27,372 nucleotides of DNA from Pseudomonadota bacterium. GTDB taxonomy: Bacteria > Pseudomonadota > Alphaproteobacteria > Rhizobiales > Rhizobiaceae. The position numbers and the translations under genes were made by a program. Each line of letters starts with the position of its first letter. The first letter of the stretch is position 1. Below, piece after piece: positions 8,111 through 19,135 of this stretch. Location of the stretch: assembly GCA_039189355.1 (NCBI GenBank), contig JBCCYR010000001.1, forward strand, positions 1 through 27,372, in the 5' to 3' direction. Under the pieces are notes generated by a model. The model was not told where the DNA came from, searched no databases, and saw only the letters and a program-made list of their open reading frames with translations.

Positions 8111-9229
8111 GTGGCGGATAACAGGTTCAAAGCAAAGCTTGAAAACCGTGCAAAAGAGCTTGGCTTTGATCTTTGCCGGATAACATCAGCAACCCTGCCC
8201 GATGAAACCGGAAAACGTCTGGAAGCCGCAATCCGCCAAAATCATCATGGCACCATGCAGTGGATGGAAAACACGTTTGAACGGCGCAAATCACCGGATT
8301 CCATGTGGAAGGAAGCAAAGTCCGCAATTTTGCTGGGTATGAATTACGGCCCGCAATCCAATCCGATGGAAACGCTCGCAAAAACAGAAAAAGCAACCAT
8401 CTCTGTCTATGCCCGCAACCGGGATTATCATGATGTCATCAAGGGAAAGTTGAAAACACTCGCCGGATGGGTGGCATCACAAAAAGAGACTGATGTTAAG
8501 GTGTTCGTGGATACAGCGCCACTGATGGAAAAGCCACTGGCAGAACAGGCAGGGCTTGGCTGGCAGGGAAAACATACCAATCTGGTATCAAGGGAATTTG
8601 GTTCGTGGGTGTTTCTGGGATCAATCCTTACGGATGCTGAACTTGAACCGGACGAATCTGAGCCGGATCATTGCGGTTCATGCCGTGCCTGTCTGGACAT
8701 ATGTCCGACGAATGCTTTTCCTGCGCCTTATCAACTTGATGCCCGCAAATGCATTTCCTATCTGACAATTGAACACGCTGGCCCGATTCCCGTTCAGTAC
8801 CGAAAAGCCTTGGGTAACCGGATTTACGGTTGTGATGATTGTCTGGCCGTCTGCCCCTGGAACAAATATGCAAAACAGGCAAACGAAACCAAATTGCAGG
8901 CGCGGGATGACCTCGTAGCCCCGACACTTGCCGAACTGGCACAACTGGATGATGCAAGGTTCCGCAGGAAATTTTCAGGATCACCGATCAAGCGCATCGG
9001 GCGCGACCGTTTCATGAGAAATGTTCTGACAGCCATCGGCAATTCCGGTTCTGCGAAACTGATCTCTCCGGTTCTCTCGCATCTTGATGACCCAAACCCG
9101 ATGGTTCGCGGAGCTGCAGTTTGGGCATTAAGGAGGCTTGAAGAATCCCAAGGCTTTGCCGATATGCGGGATAAGGCATTGAAATCAGAAGTGGATGAAA
9201 CCGTCCGCGAGGAATGGAACCGCAATTGA
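8111..9229 (+). CDS. queG: tRNA epoxyqueuosine(34) reductase
   Basis: YARNRDYHDVIK, FVDTAPLMEKPLA, Fe-S motifs CGSCRACLDICPT, CISYLTIE and GCDDCLAVCPWN, and a C-terminal HEAT-like tail. GTG start. Confidence 0.96.
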   Translation: MADNRFKAKLENRAKELGFDLCRITSATLPDETGKRLEAAIRQNHHGTMQWMENTFERRKSPDSMWKEAKSAILLGMNYGPQSNPMETLAKTEKATISVYARNRDYHDVIKGKLKTLAGWVASQKETDVKVFVDTAPLMEKPLAEQAGLGWQGKHTNLVSREFGSWVFLGSILTDAELEPDESEPDHCGSCRACLDICPTNAFPAPYQLDARKCISYLTIEHAGPIPVQYRKALGNRIYGCDDCLAVCPWNKYAKQANETKLQARDDLVAPTLAELAQLDDARFRRKFSGSPIKRIGRDRFMRNVLTAIGNSGSAKLISPVLSHLDDPNPMVRGAAVWALRRLEESQGFADMRDKALKSEVDETVREEWNRN

Positions 9230-10098
9230 AGAAACTGTTTATTTTTGGCTTCGGCTTTTCTGCACAAGCCATTGCAGCAAAAGCAAAGCCTGATTTTACA
9301 GAAATCTGTGGCACTGCACGCAGCGAAGAGAAAATCAGCAGAATAAGGGCCGACAGTCTTGGTGCTTGCCTGTTTGATGGCGAGAAGTTTTCCGAAGAAC
9401 TCAAACACCACCTTGTGGACACTACGCATCTATTGATTTCCATTGGACCGGGCGAAGCCGATCCGGTTCTGGCAATCATGCGAGACCAGCTTTCAGACCT
9501 GTGTCCAAATCTTCAATGGATAGGGTATCTTTCTACTGTTGGCGTTTACGGTAACCACGACGGGGCCTGGGTGGATGAAGAAACAAAACCCAAGCCTGTA
9601 TCCCAGCGGTCAATCTGGCGCATGAATGCAGAGAATGGCTGGACCGAAAAAGCGGATAATGTGTATGTCCCCCTGGGTATTTTTCGCCTGTCAGGCATTT
9701 ACGGCCCTGGCCGCAACGCATTTGTGACCATCGAGAAAGGCAATTCGAGAAGACTGGTAAAGCCGGGACAGGTGTTCAATCGCATTCATCGTGAAGACAT
9801 CGGAACGGCTGTGTCGAATGCAATGCGTGGCAACATCGGCGGTATTTTCAACATTACCGATAATGAGCCCGCCCCCCCTCAGGATGTAGTCACCTATGCC
9901 CATGAACTGATGGGAAAGGAACCGCCGCCGGAAATTGATTTTAAAACGGCTGACATTACACCAATGGCACGCAGTTTTTATGGTGAAAACAAGCGGGTCA
10001 GCAATGCAAAGTCAAAAGCCATGCTGGGCATGGACTATGCATGGCCGGATTACAGAACCTCGTTGAAGCGCATGTGGGACGAGGGAAACTGGCATTAA
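9226..10098 (+). CDS. Atypical SDR / NAD-dependent epimerase-dehydratase (YeeZ-like)
   Basis: LFIFGFGFSA, YLSTVGVYGNHDGAWVDE, FRLSGIYGPGRN, FNRIHREDI. TTG 9226 overlaps the queG stop (TTGA); ATG 9214 is the alternative start. Confidence 0.85.
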   Translation: MKKLFIFGFGFSAQAIAAKAKPDFTEICGTARSEEKISRIRADSLGACLFDGEKFSEELKHHLVDTTHLLISIGPGEADPVLAIMRDQLSDLCPNLQWIGYLSTVGVYGNHDGAWVDEETKPKPVSQRSIWRMNAENGWTEKADNVYVPLGIFRLSGIYGPGRNAFVTIEKGNSRRLVKPGQVFNRIHREDIGTAVSNAMRGNIGGIFNITDNEPAPPQDVVTYAHELMGKEPPPEIDFKTADITPMARSFYGENKRVSNAKSKAMLGMDYAWPDYRTSLKRMWDEGNWH

Positions 10099-10145
10099 AT
10101 CACGCCATACTGGACTCTTGTACGCAACCGTGCCAATTCACGCTA

Positions 10146-10787
10146 ATGACCAAACCTGAACTTATCAAAATCTGTGGTCTTTCCACACCAGAAGCCGTCG
10201 ACGCCGTTATCGCTGGTGGCGCAACGCATATGGGTTTGATCTTTTTTGAAAAGAGTCCGCGGCATGTATCAACCGAAACTGCTGCAGAACTCTCCAACCA
10301 CGCAGGTAACCGCATTACAAAGGTTGCTGTAAGCGTTGATGCTGATGATACATATCTCGATGAAATCGTTGCTGAAGCAAAACCGGACATGCTGCAACTA
10401 CACGGTTCTGAAACGCCGGAACGCGTTAAAGAATTAAAGTCCAGATACGGGCTTCCGGTAATAAAGGTGATCGCAATCCGCGAGGCAGATGACCTTGAAA
10501 AGGCACAGGACTATGTCGGGGTGGCTGACATGTTCCTGTTTGATGCAAAGCCACCAAAAGGTTCTGAACTGCCCGGCGGCAATGGTGTCGCATTTGACTG
10601 GGAAATCATGGACCAATGGTCTGAAAATGTGCCATATATCCTTTCCGGTGGTCTGGATGCCGGGAATATCGCTGAAGCCCAGAACCGTTCTGGTGCAAAA
10701 GCGGTTGATGTTTCTTCCGGTGTTGAAAGTGCACCAGGCAGAAAAGATCCAAATCTTATCCGGGAATTTTTGGAAGTTCTCACCTGA
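10146..10787 (+). CDS. trpF: Phosphoribosylanthranilate isomerase
   Basis: [62 protein letters not shown]. The real start is ATG 10146; the ORF-track extension from 10041 overlaps the SDR. Confidence 0.96.
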   Translation: MTKPELIKICGLSTPEAVDAVIAGGATHMGLIFFEKSPRHVSTETAAELSNHAGNRITKVAVSVDADDTYLDEIVAEAKPDMLQLHGSETPERVKELKSRYGLPVIKVIAIREADDLEKAQDYVGVADMFLFDAKPPKGSELPGGNGVAFDWEIMDQWSENVPYILSGGLDAGNIAEAQNRSGAKAVDVSSGVESAPGRKDPNLIREFLEVLT

Positions 10788-10804
10788 TTTTTGAGGAATA
10801 TGTC

Positions 10805-12025
10805 TTGAGTAAACCGATTGAACCCAATTCATTTAAAACCGGCCCTGACGAGGACGGTCATTTTGGCATTTTTGGCGGTCGTTACGTAGCCGAAACATTG
10901 ATGCCACTCATTCTTGATCTTGAAAAACACTATAATGCTGCCAAGGATGATCCGGAATTTCAGGCCGAAGTTGCGAAGCTCAACAAACATTACACAGGCC
11001 GCCCGTCACCGCTTTATTTTGCAGAAGGTCTGACGGAACATCTCGGCGGCGCAAAGATTTACTTCAAGCGTGATGAACTGAACCATACTGGCTCTCACAA
11101 GATCAATAATTGTCTGGGTCAGATCCTGCTTGCAAAGAAGATGGGGAAAACGCGGATCATCGCAGAAACGGGCGCAGGCCAACATGGTGTGGCCGCAGCT
11201 ACCGTTGCAGCAAAATTCGGTTTTCCCTGCGTTGTATACATGGGCAAAACCGATGTGGAACGCCAATCACCGAATGTGTTCCGCATGAAGCTGCTGGGGG
11301 CTGAAATTGTTCCGGTGACTGCCGGGGCCGGCACACTCAAGGACGCGATGAATGAAGCCCTGCGGGACTGGGTAACCAATGTTGAAGACACTTATTATCT
11401 GATTGGTACTGCAGCCGGCCCACATCCCTATCCGGAACTGGTCCGCGATTTCCAGTCCGTTATTGGCAAGGAATGCCGTGAGCAGATGATGGAAGCAGAG
11501 GGTCGACTTCCAGACATGCTGGTTGCATCCGTCGGAGGCGGTTCAAATGCGATCGGTCTCTTCCATCCATTCCTGGATGACAAGGAAGTTCAAATCGTCG
11601 GAGTCGAGGCTGGTGGCAAGGGACTGGAAGGTGAGGAGCATTGCGCCTCCTTATCAGCCGGCAAACCGGGTGTGCTGCACGGCAACCGTACATTCCTGCT
11701 TCAGGACAACGATGGACAAATCCTGGAAGGCCATTCCATTTCGGCTGGCCTTGATTATCCGGGGATTGGCCCTGAACATTCCTGGCTGAAAGATTCGGGC
11801 CGTGTTGAATATGTGCCGATCATGGACCATGAAGCGCTTGAAGCTTTCCAGTTGCTTTGCAAAACCGAAGGCATTATTCCCGCACTGGAGCCAAGTCACG
11901 CTCTCGCTGAAATCGTCAAACGTGCCCCCAAAATGGATAAAGACCAGATCATTGTCATGAACCTGTGCGGTCGTGGCGACAAGGATGTCTTCACAGTGGG
12001 TGCAGCCTTGGGCGTTGATCTTTAG
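10805..12025 (+). CDS. trpB: Tryptophan synthase beta chain
   Basis: PLP-lysine motif [44 protein letters not shown] start with GAGGA upstream. Confidence 0.99.
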   Translation: MSKPIEPNSFKTGPDEDGHFGIFGGRYVAETLMPLILDLEKHYNAAKDDPEFQAEVAKLNKHYTGRPSPLYFAEGLTEHLGGAKIYFKRDELNHTGSHKINNCLGQILLAKKMGKTRIIAETGAGQHGVAAATVAAKFGFPCVVYMGKTDVERQSPNVFRMKLLGAEIVPVTAGAGTLKDAMNEALRDWVTNVEDTYYLIGTAAGPHPYPELVRDFQSVIGKECREQMMEAEGRLPDMLVASVGGGSNAIGLFHPFLDDKEVQIVGVEAGGKGLEGEEHCASLSAGKPGVLHGNRTFLLQDNDGQILEGHSISAGLDYPGIGPEHSWLKDSGRVEYVPIMDHEALEAFQLLCKTEGIIPALEPSHALAEIVKRAPKMDKDQIIVMNLCGRGDKDVFTVGAALGVDL

Positions 12026-12036
12026 GAATTGCGAAA

Positions 12037-12876
12037 ATGAGTACACGCATTGATACCCGTTTTGCGGAACTGAAAGCGGATGGCCGTCCCGGGCTCGTTA
12101 CCTTTATCATGGCGGGCGATCCTGACGCTGATACGGCTCTGGAAATCCTGAAAGGTCTTCCGGAAGCCGGTGCTGACCTGATTGAAATCGGCATGCCTTT
12201 TTCTGATCCGATGGCGGACGGTCCTTCGATCCAGCTGGCAGGCCAACGCGCGCTGAAAGGTGGGCAGACACTTCAAAAAACCATCGAAATGGTTCGTGCG
12301 TTTCGCGAAAGTGACAAAGATACGCCGATTGTTCTGATGGGGTATTACAACCCGATCTACATCTACGGCAACGAGAAGTTTCTTGATGATGCAAAGGCTG
12401 CAGGTGTTGACGGTCTCATAATTGTGGACCTGCCGCCGGAAACTGACGATGAACTCTGCAAGCCTGCCATGGGCCGGGAGATAAATTTCATCCGGCTTGC
12501 AACGCCAACAACCGATGAAGCCCGGTTGCCAAGAGTGTTGGAAAATACATCCGGCTTTTTGTATTATGTTTCCATCACCGGTATCACCGGCGCTGCGGCT
12601 CCTGATCCGGCTAAAGTTGCAGCATCTGTGTCTGCGATCAAACAATCTACCACTCTTCCGGTTGCTGTTGGGTTTGGGGTCAAAACCGCCGAGCAGGCTG
12701 CCGCGATTGGAGCAGGTTCAGATGGTGTTGTAGTTGGTTCCGCACTTGTCAATGCAATCGCAGAGACGCTTGACGGAGATGGCAAGGCAACTGATGCAAC
12801 TGTTGACGCTGTTCACGCACTGGTTTCAGAACTTGCGTCTGGCGTACGTTCCGTTAAACACGAAAATGCCGCATAG
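12037..12876 (+). CDS. trpA: Tryptophan synthase alpha chain
   Basis: [53 protein letters not shown]. Confidence 0.99.
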   Translation: MSTRIDTRFAELKADGRPGLVTFIMAGDPDADTALEILKGLPEAGADLIEIGMPFSDPMADGPSIQLAGQRALKGGQTLQKTIEMVRAFRESDKDTPIVLMGYYNPIYIYGNEKFLDDAKAAGVDGLIIVDLPPETDDELCKPAMGREINFIRLATPTTDEARLPRVLENTSGFLYYVSITGITGAAAPDPAKVAASVSAIKQSTTLPVAVGFGVKTAEQAAAIGAGSDGVVVGSALVNAIAETLDGDGKATDATVDAVHALVSELASGVRSVKHENAA

Positions 12877-12921
12877 GGTTCCTATTTTGCGGGCAACACC
12901 ATTCAGGGAAAAAATACTCCG

Positions 12922-13869
12922 ATGAACTGGATTACAAACCTCGTCAGACCAAAGATCGGCAACCTGCTCAATCGCAAGGACATGCCTGAAAACCTCTGGA
13001 TCAAGTGCCCTGAATCCGGTGAAATGGTGTTTCACAAGGACCTTGAAGCCAATATGGGCGTGGTGCCGAATTCCGGCTACCACATGAAAATCTCTGCGAC
13101 AGAGCGTCTGAAACAGTTCTTTGATAACGCAGAGTATGAACTGATCGAGATGCCAAAGGTAGCCCAGGATCCACTCAAGTTCCGTGATAAATCCCGGTAT
13201 GTCGACAAGCTGAAGGATGCGCGCCGAAAGACCGGTCTTGAAGACTCGATCCTTGCTGCGAAGGGCAAGGTCGAGGAACTCGACATGATCGCAGTTGTTC
13301 ATGAGATGCAGTTTATCGGTGGTTCGCTTGGCATGGCTGCCGGTGAAATGATCATCAAGGCCATGGAAATGGCTGCTGACACCAAAACACCACTGGTTCT
13401 TTTTGCAGCTTCCGGTGGAGCACGCATGCAGGAGGGCATCCTGTCGCTGATGCAACTTCCGCGCACAACCGTCGGGGTTCAACGCATGAAGGATGCAGGT
13501 GTTCCCTACATCGTTGTTTTGACCAACCCGACAACGGGGGGTGTTTCTGCATCCTATGCAATGTTGGGTGATGTCCATATCGCTGAACCGGGCGCGGTAA
13601 TCGGATTTGCTGGTCGACGGGTGATTGAACAGACCATCCGCGAAAAACTTCCTGATGATTTCCAGACTTCTGAATATCTTCAGGAACATGGCATGGTCGA
13701 CATGATTGTGAGCCGCCTGGAACTCAAATCTACCATTTCAAGACTGGTTCGGCTGATGCTCGACATGCCTGGTTATGCAATCGCATTACCAAAGCCGGAA
13801 GACGTTTCGACAGAAACAGATGAGAGCGAAGCCGAGTCCCAGGAAGCTGCGGAACCAGAACAGTCCTGA
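12922..13869 (+). CDS. accD: Acetyl-CoA carboxylase carboxyltransferase beta subunit
   Basis: [61 protein letters not shown]. Confidence 0.98.
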   Translation: MNWITNLVRPKIGNLLNRKDMPENLWIKCPESGEMVFHKDLEANMGVVPNSGYHMKISATERLKQFFDNAEYELIEMPKVAQDPLKFRDKSRYVDKLKDARRKTGLEDSILAAKGKVEELDMIAVVHEMQFIGGSLGMAAGEMIIKAMEMAADTKTPLVLFAASGGARMQEGILSLMQLPRTTVGVQRMKDAGVPYIVVLTNPTTGGVSASYAMLGDVHIAEPGAVIGFAGRRVIEQTIREKLPDDFQTSEYLQEHGMVDMIVSRLELKSTISRLVRLMLDMPGYAIALPKPEDVSTETDESEAESQEAAEPEQS

Positions 13870-15188
13870 TGGCAAACTCTAACTCGCGTGTCGATGAACT
13901 GATCGACAAGCTGTCGGAAATCCATCCGAAGGGTTTTGATCTTTCGCTCGGCAGAATAACGGCTCTTCTTGACAAGCTTGGCAACCCCCACCTGCGCATA
14001 CCTCCGGTTTTCCATGTCGCAGGAACCAACGGAAAAGGTTCAACGCTTGCTTTTATCCGGTCCATTCTGGAAGCTGCCGGTTACAAGGTTCACGTTCATA
14101 CCTCACCACATCTGGTAAACTGGAATGAACGCTACCGCCTGGCTGGCAAGCTCGTTGATGATGACACACTTGCAGACGCAATTGAGCGTGTGACGGAAGC
14201 AAACAGCGGAAAACCGATTACAATCTTTGAAATCATGTCGGCAGTCATGTTTCTTTTGTTCAGTGAACACGACGCAGACTTTTCACTGGTCGAGGTTGGT
14301 CTGGGCGGGCGTTTTGATGCAACAAACGTAATTCCCAAACCGCTTGTATCTGCCATTGCTCCAGTCTCACTGGATCATCAGGCCTATCTTGGCGATACGA
14401 TTGCCAAAATCGCGTTTGAGAAGGCAGGCATCATAAAAGAACAGACCCCGGTTGTGGTTGGCCTTCAGGAAGATGAGGCCAGAGATGTGATCGAAGAGGT
14501 AGCAAACACTCGTTCCTCATCCGTCCAGGTTGCCGGACAGGATTTTGACTTTTACCGCGATGCAACCGGATTTGTTTTTCAGGATGGAGACGGCTTGCTG
14601 GACTTGCCAATGCCCAACCTTGCGGGAGAACATCAACTGGTTAACGCTGCACTGGCGATTTCTGCAGTCAGGGCCGCAGATATCAAGGTTCCGGAAAAGG
14701 CATTCTCGGAGGGCATGCAAAATGTTGTTTGGCCTGGGCGACTTGAAAAACTGCCTTCAGGAAAAATCACAGAAAAACTGAATGGCCACAGGGATGTCTG
14801 GATTGATGGCGGGCATAACCCGGATGCCGGAAAAGCAATTGCTACTGAATTGCTTCGTCAGAACAAGGGAGCTGACCGGAAGACGGTGTTGATCTGCGGC
14901 ATGATCAATACGAAAGAACCGCTCGGGTACTTTCAACCCTTTACGGAACTATCTGCTGAAGTCATCACGGTTCCGGTTGCGATGAGTGAAGCGGGAATTT
15001 CTCCGGAAGAACTGGCCAAAATCGCGCGTGAAGCCGGATTGACAGCAGAAACAGCGGATACCCTGGAACAGGGCATTGTCAGGGCCGCTACGATTGTCGA
15101 AGAAAATGAAGAAATTCGGATACTGTTTTGCGGGTCGGTTTATATGGTCGGCGAAGTACTGAACCTCAACGACACGCCACCGCAATAA
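13869..15188 (+). CDS. folC: Folylpolyglutamate synthase / dihydrofolate synthase
   Basis: HVAGTNGKGST, HTSPHL, EVGLGGRFDATN, WPGRL, DGGHNP, GSVYMVGE. Start overlaps the accD stop (TGATG). Confidence 0.97.
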   Translation: MANSNSRVDELIDKLSEIHPKGFDLSLGRITALLDKLGNPHLRIPPVFHVAGTNGKGSTLAFIRSILEAAGYKVHVHTSPHLVNWNERYRLAGKLVDDDTLADAIERVTEANSGKPITIFEIMSAVMFLLFSEHDADFSLVEVGLGGRFDATNVIPKPLVSAIAPVSLDHQAYLGDTIAKIAFEKAGIIKEQTPVVVGLQEDEARDVIEEVANTRSSSVQVAGQDFDFYRDATGFVFQDGDGLLDLPMPNLAGEHQLVNAALAISAVRAADIKVPEKAFSEGMQNVVWPGRLEKLPSGKITEKLNGHRDVWIDGGHNPDAGKAIATELLRQNKGADRKTVLICGMINTKEPLGYFQPFTELSAEVITVPVAMSEAGISPEELAKIAREAGLTAETADTLEQGIVRAATIVEENEEIRILFCGSVYMVGEVLNLNDTPPQ

Positions 15189-15214
15189 AAAACCCGGCCA
15201 AAAGACCGGGTTTT
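15187..15214. terminator. Bidirectional intrinsic terminator between folC and trxA
   Basis: AAAACCCGG-CCAAAAGA-CCGGGTTTT. On the minus strand it reads CCCGGTC-TTTT-GGCCGGG followed by six T (strong, for trxA). The plus strand has a 4-T tail. Confidence 0.88.
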
Positions 15215-15234
15215 CAAAATCTTGTACACTTCAG

Positions 15235-15555
15235 TTATGCAGCGCCGTTGATCCAGTCAACAAGGGCATTCTTCGGCTTTGCGCCAACCTGCATGGAAGC
15301 AGGCGTACCATCCTTGAACATGACAAGTGTCGGAATGGAGCGCACGCCGTACTGGGCTGCAATGTCAGGGTTTTCATCAATGTTAAGCTTGGTGATTTTC
15401 ACCTTGCCTTCCATCTCATCGGAAATTTCTTCCAGGCTTGGACCAATCGCCTTGCACGGTCCGCACCATTCTGCCCAGAAATCCACTACAACCGGAACAT
15501 CTGAACCAAGAACATCTGACTGAAAATTATCGTTGTCTACTTTATGAGTGGCCAT
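15235..15555 (-). CDS. trxA: Thioredoxin
   Basis: [12 protein letters not shown] active site, YGVRSIPTL, 106 aa, strong SD AAAGGAGG. Confidence 0.99.
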   Translation of the reverse strand: MATHKVDNDNFQSDVLGSDVPVVVDFWAEWCGPCKAIGPSLEEISDEMEGKVKITKLNIDENPDIAAQYGVRSIPTLVMFKDGTPASMQVGAKPKNALVDWINGAA

Positions 15556-15619
15556 GGTAGCCTCCTTTGAAAATCATATTCAAGCCGATTATCAATTCGA
15601 CTCGGCGTGTCATCGGGAA

Positions 15620-15648
15620 ACGTAGGAACGCTTGCCACCAAGGTCAAG
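15620..15648 (-). promoter_or_regulatory. Putative RpoH (sigma32) promoter for trxA
   Basis: On the minus strand CTTGAC-N16-CCTACGT in the addA-trxA gap, close to the rhizobial RpoH consensus CTTGAA-N16-CCTATAT. Confidence 0.55.
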
Positions 15649-15652
15649 GCCA

Positions 15653-18600
15653 TCAAATCTTCTTGATATTTTCGAGAGCATTGTTGAGCAGATGTCCAGG
15701 CACTTCAATAAAGGCAGGGGCATGAACCCAGAGTATGTGACAGGTTACTTCATGTTCCGGATAAATCTGCCTGACCAGTTCCCGGTACAGTGACAATTGT
15801 GTCAGAATTTGCCCGGGAATCTCTCGGGGAACCACAAAATTCGTCTTGTAATCAATGATTGCGACTGTTTGCTCACTCACCACGAGCCGGTCGATCTGGC
15901 CTGCTATCAGGCGTTCCCCCGTTTGTGTTTCAAGTTTCCCGGTCAGGGAAACTTCCGCCAATGATTTGCCGGAAAAAAGCTGTGCATATTCAGGGTTTGC
16001 CAGAATGGAATGGATATCACTCCAGACTTGCGCCTGTTGCTCCTCTGTCCAGTCTGAGCCAATTTTCTGCAGATACCGTTCGCCGATAAGGCTTCTTTCC
16101 TCAGCAGTAAAATCCGGCAATACCTCCAGCAATTGGTGAACTGCACGGCCCTTTTGAATGGCGAAGGATGGATTCTGATTACCGGTTTTTGAGTGACGGA
16201 CCGATTGTTGTTCAAGATTGTCCTTGTCGATCAGCAAAAATGCGCCGCTAGGCGAAAGTGGCTGTGGCAAGGGTTTTTCGTGCGGAACCATTTGTAACAG
16301 CCAGTCGGGGGCCGCATTGTCTTCCGGTACTGCTTGCACCTCTGTCTTGACATTGTGATGTGATGTTTCCGGTGCCTTGTTCTCGCACCAGCGAAATCCG
16401 GTAACTTCATCATCAGCATTCAGCATTTGTTCCGAACTGTCTTCAAGGGCGTCGTGAACCATCTGGTGCCAGTACTCATGTTTTGGCTCGTTAACACCCC
16501 GGAATCCGCAGACGATCAGCCTGTCCGCTGCACGGGTCATACCGACATAGAGAAGACGCCGGTATTCTTCTTCTGCGGCCAGCCTGATTTGTTCAGAACT
16601 GTCCCGTGTTGCCTCAATGTGATGATCAGACGAAGGTAACCACAAATATCCGGACCCCATGGGGAGAATTGGCGGGCGGTGTTTCTCGGTCCATGGGGCG
16701 TTACAGGGGTCGACCAGAAAGACGACTTTCGCCTCCAGTCCTTTGGATGCATGGACCGTCAATATCCGAACCTCATCCCTGTCGAGTTCAACCTCACGCT
16801 TGATTTCCGGTTCCGCACGCTTGAGAGTTGAAATGAAACTCTGCAGTCCGATTCCACCTTCTCTCGCAAACGCAATTGTCTCATCCAGAAAGGCATCCAT
16901 GACATCTTCGGCTTCCATGCCCAGACGTGACAGGAAAGCTTTTCGCATGCCGAATGGACCCAGCACCCAGGCAAAGAATTCAAACACGTCCATCCGTTCA
17001 CCCGAACGGATCAAGTCCTGCAATTTGGGCACAATGCGTTTTGCGAGCGCATGACGGGGATGCGTTTCCAGTTCTGCAGCTGTTTGAACCGCATCAAACA
17101 AACACGTTTTCCCCCGGCTATGGGCGAAATCAAAAAGGGCTTCTTCGCTTATTCCGAAAAGCACGCCTTTCAGGACGCAGGCGAGATTGAGATCATCTGA
17201 CGGCAAGAGAACGAACTGGCCGACCGCCAGCAAGTCTTCCACAGCGATGTGATCTGTCAATGTAAGACGATCCGCCCCGGCAACGCTCAGACCCTTGTCT
17301 TTCATGGTTCGCGTCAGTGCGATTATAAACCGGTCCCGTTTGCGCACCAGAACCAGAATGTCTTCGTATCGCAGTGGCTGATCGGAGCCTGGCAATGGTC
17401 TGCCAACCCAATCGCTGATGCTTGCAGCAATCCGCTCTGCAAGCTGAATTGCAGGATCAGACTGGGCAGTTCTGTCCACCGGATCAAGCCAGCTTTCCTG
17501 ATCTTGCGTTTTCTCCTTGACGAAAAGAGGCCAGATCTGAACCTCCCCGGCATCATTTGTGCGCACCGCGTCATGTGCGGGGGCTTCACCCGATTGCATA
17601 AGGCCCCGGCGGTTCTGTTCTTTTTCAAAAACCAGGTCAACGGCATGCAGGACATCACTGGTCGAGCGGAAGGAAAGTGCCAGCTTTCCTGGGTGAAATT
17701 CCTTTTGAACGGATGTAACAGTCTTCTCTAAACCTTTCTGCTGATGCGCAAATTCGGCCGGTCTTGCGCCCTGAAAGGAGTAGATCGACTGCTTTTCGTC
17801 TCCGACCACAAAAACAGTTCGGTTTCTTGCAGCGGCAGTTTCGCCAGTGTGAAAATCTGCCGTTATGGCATTGATGATCTCCCACTGCTTGAGGCTGGTA
17901 TCCTGCGCTTCATCGACAAGTACATGGTCAATACCACGGTCCAGCCGGTAGCGAATCCAGTCCCGGATCTCCGTGCGGTTCAACAGGGAGGCGCATTTTT
18001 CAACCTGATCATCAAAATCGATAAGGCCTTTTGCACGCTTCAAACCTGCATATCGATCAAGGACGGCATCTGCGATATGAAAGAGATGGCGGGAGTTTTT
18101 GACAAGCATCGCCGCATTTATTGTGTCCCGTGCTGCCAGGAGTGTCTCTCCGCACGAGCGTAACATATGCACTGCATCCGGCAGTTGATTTTTAACAAAA
18201 GCTGTCACCAGTCTGGATTCACTGCGAAGTTCACCCTTTTGGGTCAGGCAAAGGTTTTCCAATGCACTGAATCGTTTCTGGACGGCACTTTTGCTCAGGA
18301 TGATTGACAGCTGGGCATCTACAAAGTGGTCTGTGGGTTTGTCACTCTCTCCCGCAATCACAGCGATTGATCGCAATGCTTCGTCAGATACGGGAAGGGT
18401 TTTGAGACACGCTTCCTGAATGCTTTCCGGTGTGTCGGATGCTTTTACACCAAGGACTTCGCTTAACGGTTCCAGCGCCTTTTCAATTCCAACCTCAATC
18501 CAGTCCAGAAATGCATTGCGGTTTGACACAATGGCTGCAATGCCACGTTCAATTGCATCCTGGGAAACGGCCTCTGTCAAAGCCTGAAAATGAGAGGCAA

Positions 18601-19135
18601 TGTCTTTCGAATTTCCATGCCCGGCCAGTACATAAGCTTTGGCTTCTTGCAGAAGGGTGGCCTGCCCCAATTCCTGCAATGTTTCAAAATGACCGGGCAC
18701 ATTCGCTTCCAGCGGAAACTGGTGCAACAGAGATTCGCAAAAGGCATGAATCGTCTGGATTTTCAATCCACCAGGCGTATCCAGTGCCTGCGTGAAGAGG
18801 CAGCGTGCGCGGTTTCTGAGTTCAGAGTCTATTCGCTGGCTGAAGCCGGAAGTTTTCCGGATTGCTTCGTCAAGCGCCCCATCTTCCATCATGGTCCACT
18901 TGGCAAGTGTATCGAAAACACGGGTTTTCATGTTTGCCGCAGCAGCCTTGGTAAACGTCAGACACAAAATCCGGTCCGGGGCATTGCCCGCCAGCATCAA
19001 ACGTATGACCCGCTGTGTCAGGACGTGGGTTTTGCCCGATCCTGCATTTGCAGCCACCCATGCAGAAACATTCGGGTCCGATGAGGCATATTGCTCCCTG
19101 AGTACGTGTTCAGGAATTTTCAGAAGGTTACTCAT
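15653..19135 (-). CDS. addA: Double-strand break repair helicase-nuclease AddA
   Basis: Walker A ANAGSGKT, LCLTFTKAAA, TIHAFC, VDEAQD, VGDEKQSIYSFQGA, TVHASKGLE, LYVGMTRA, and nuclease GQIDRL...IIDYKT. Start ATG 19135 overlaps the addB end by 8 nt, with an AGGGGG SD. Confidence 0.97.
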   Translation of the reverse strand: MSNLLKIPEHVLREQYASSDPNVSAWVAANAGSGKTHVLTQRVIRLMLAGNAPDRILCLTFTKAAAANMKTRVFDTLAKWTMMEDGALDEAIRKTSGFSQRIDSELRNRARCLFTQALDTPGGLKIQTIHAFCESLLHQFPLEANVPGHFETLQELGQATLLQEAKAYVLAGHGNSKDIASHFQALTEAVSQDAIERGIAAIVSNRNAFLDWIEVGIEKALEPLSEVLGVKASDTPESIQEACLKTLPVSDEALRSIAVIAGESDKPTDHFVDAQLSIILSKSAVQKRFSALENLCLTQKGELRSESRLVTAFVKNQLPDAVHMLRSCGETLLAARDTINAAMLVKNSRHLFHIADAVLDRYAGLKRAKGLIDFDDQVEKCASLLNRTEIRDWIRYRLDRGIDHVLVDEAQDTSLKQWEIINAITADFHTGETAAARNRTVFVVGDEKQSIYSFQGARPAEFAHQQKGLEKTVTSVQKEFHPGKLALSFRSTSDVLHAVDLVFEKEQNRRGLMQSGEAPAHDAVRTNDAGEVQIWPLFVKEKTQDQESWLDPVDRTAQSDPAIQLAERIAASISDWVGRPLPGSDQPLRYEDILVLVRKRDRFIIALTRTMKDKGLSVAGADRLTLTDHIAVEDLLAVGQFVLLPSDDLNLACVLKGVLFGISEEALFDFAHSRGKTCLFDAVQTAAELETHPRHALAKRIVPKLQDLIRSGERMDVFEFFAWVLGPFGMRKAFLSRLGMEAEDVMDAFLDETIAFAREGGIGLQSFISTLKRAEPEIKREVELDRDEVRILTVHASKGLEAKVVFLVDPCNAPWTEKHRPPILPMGSGYLWLPSSDHHIEATRDSSEQIRLAAEEEYRRLLYVGMTRAADRLIVCGFRGVNEPKHEYWHQMVHDALEDSSEQMLNADDEVTGFRWCENKAPETSHHNVKTEVQAVPEDNAAPDWLLQMVPHEKPLPQPLSPSGAFLLIDKDNLEQQSVRHSKTGNQNPSFAIQKGRAVHQLLEVLPDFTAEERSLIGERYLQKIGSDWTEEQQAQVWSDIHSILANPEYAQLFSGKSLAEVSLTGKLETQTGERLIAGQIDRLVVSEQTVAIIDYKTNFVVPREIPGQILTQLSLYRELVRQIYPEHEVTCHILWVHAPAFIEVPGHLLNNALENIKKI

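Noticed and set aside
10041-10145. 35-aa N-terminal extension of TrpF, or a trp leader peptide
   Set aside because: It overlaps the SDR 3' end, has no Trp codons and no terminator/antiterminator; the TrpF fold starts at ATG 10146.
12826-13689. 287-aa antisense ORF over accD, and similar 200+ aa shadow ORFs at 3292-3933, 8824-9429, 12022-12645, 18792-19460 and 20902-21585
   Set aside because: All lie opposite well-supported conserved genes and show no recognisable motifs. They are the expected by-product of codon bias.
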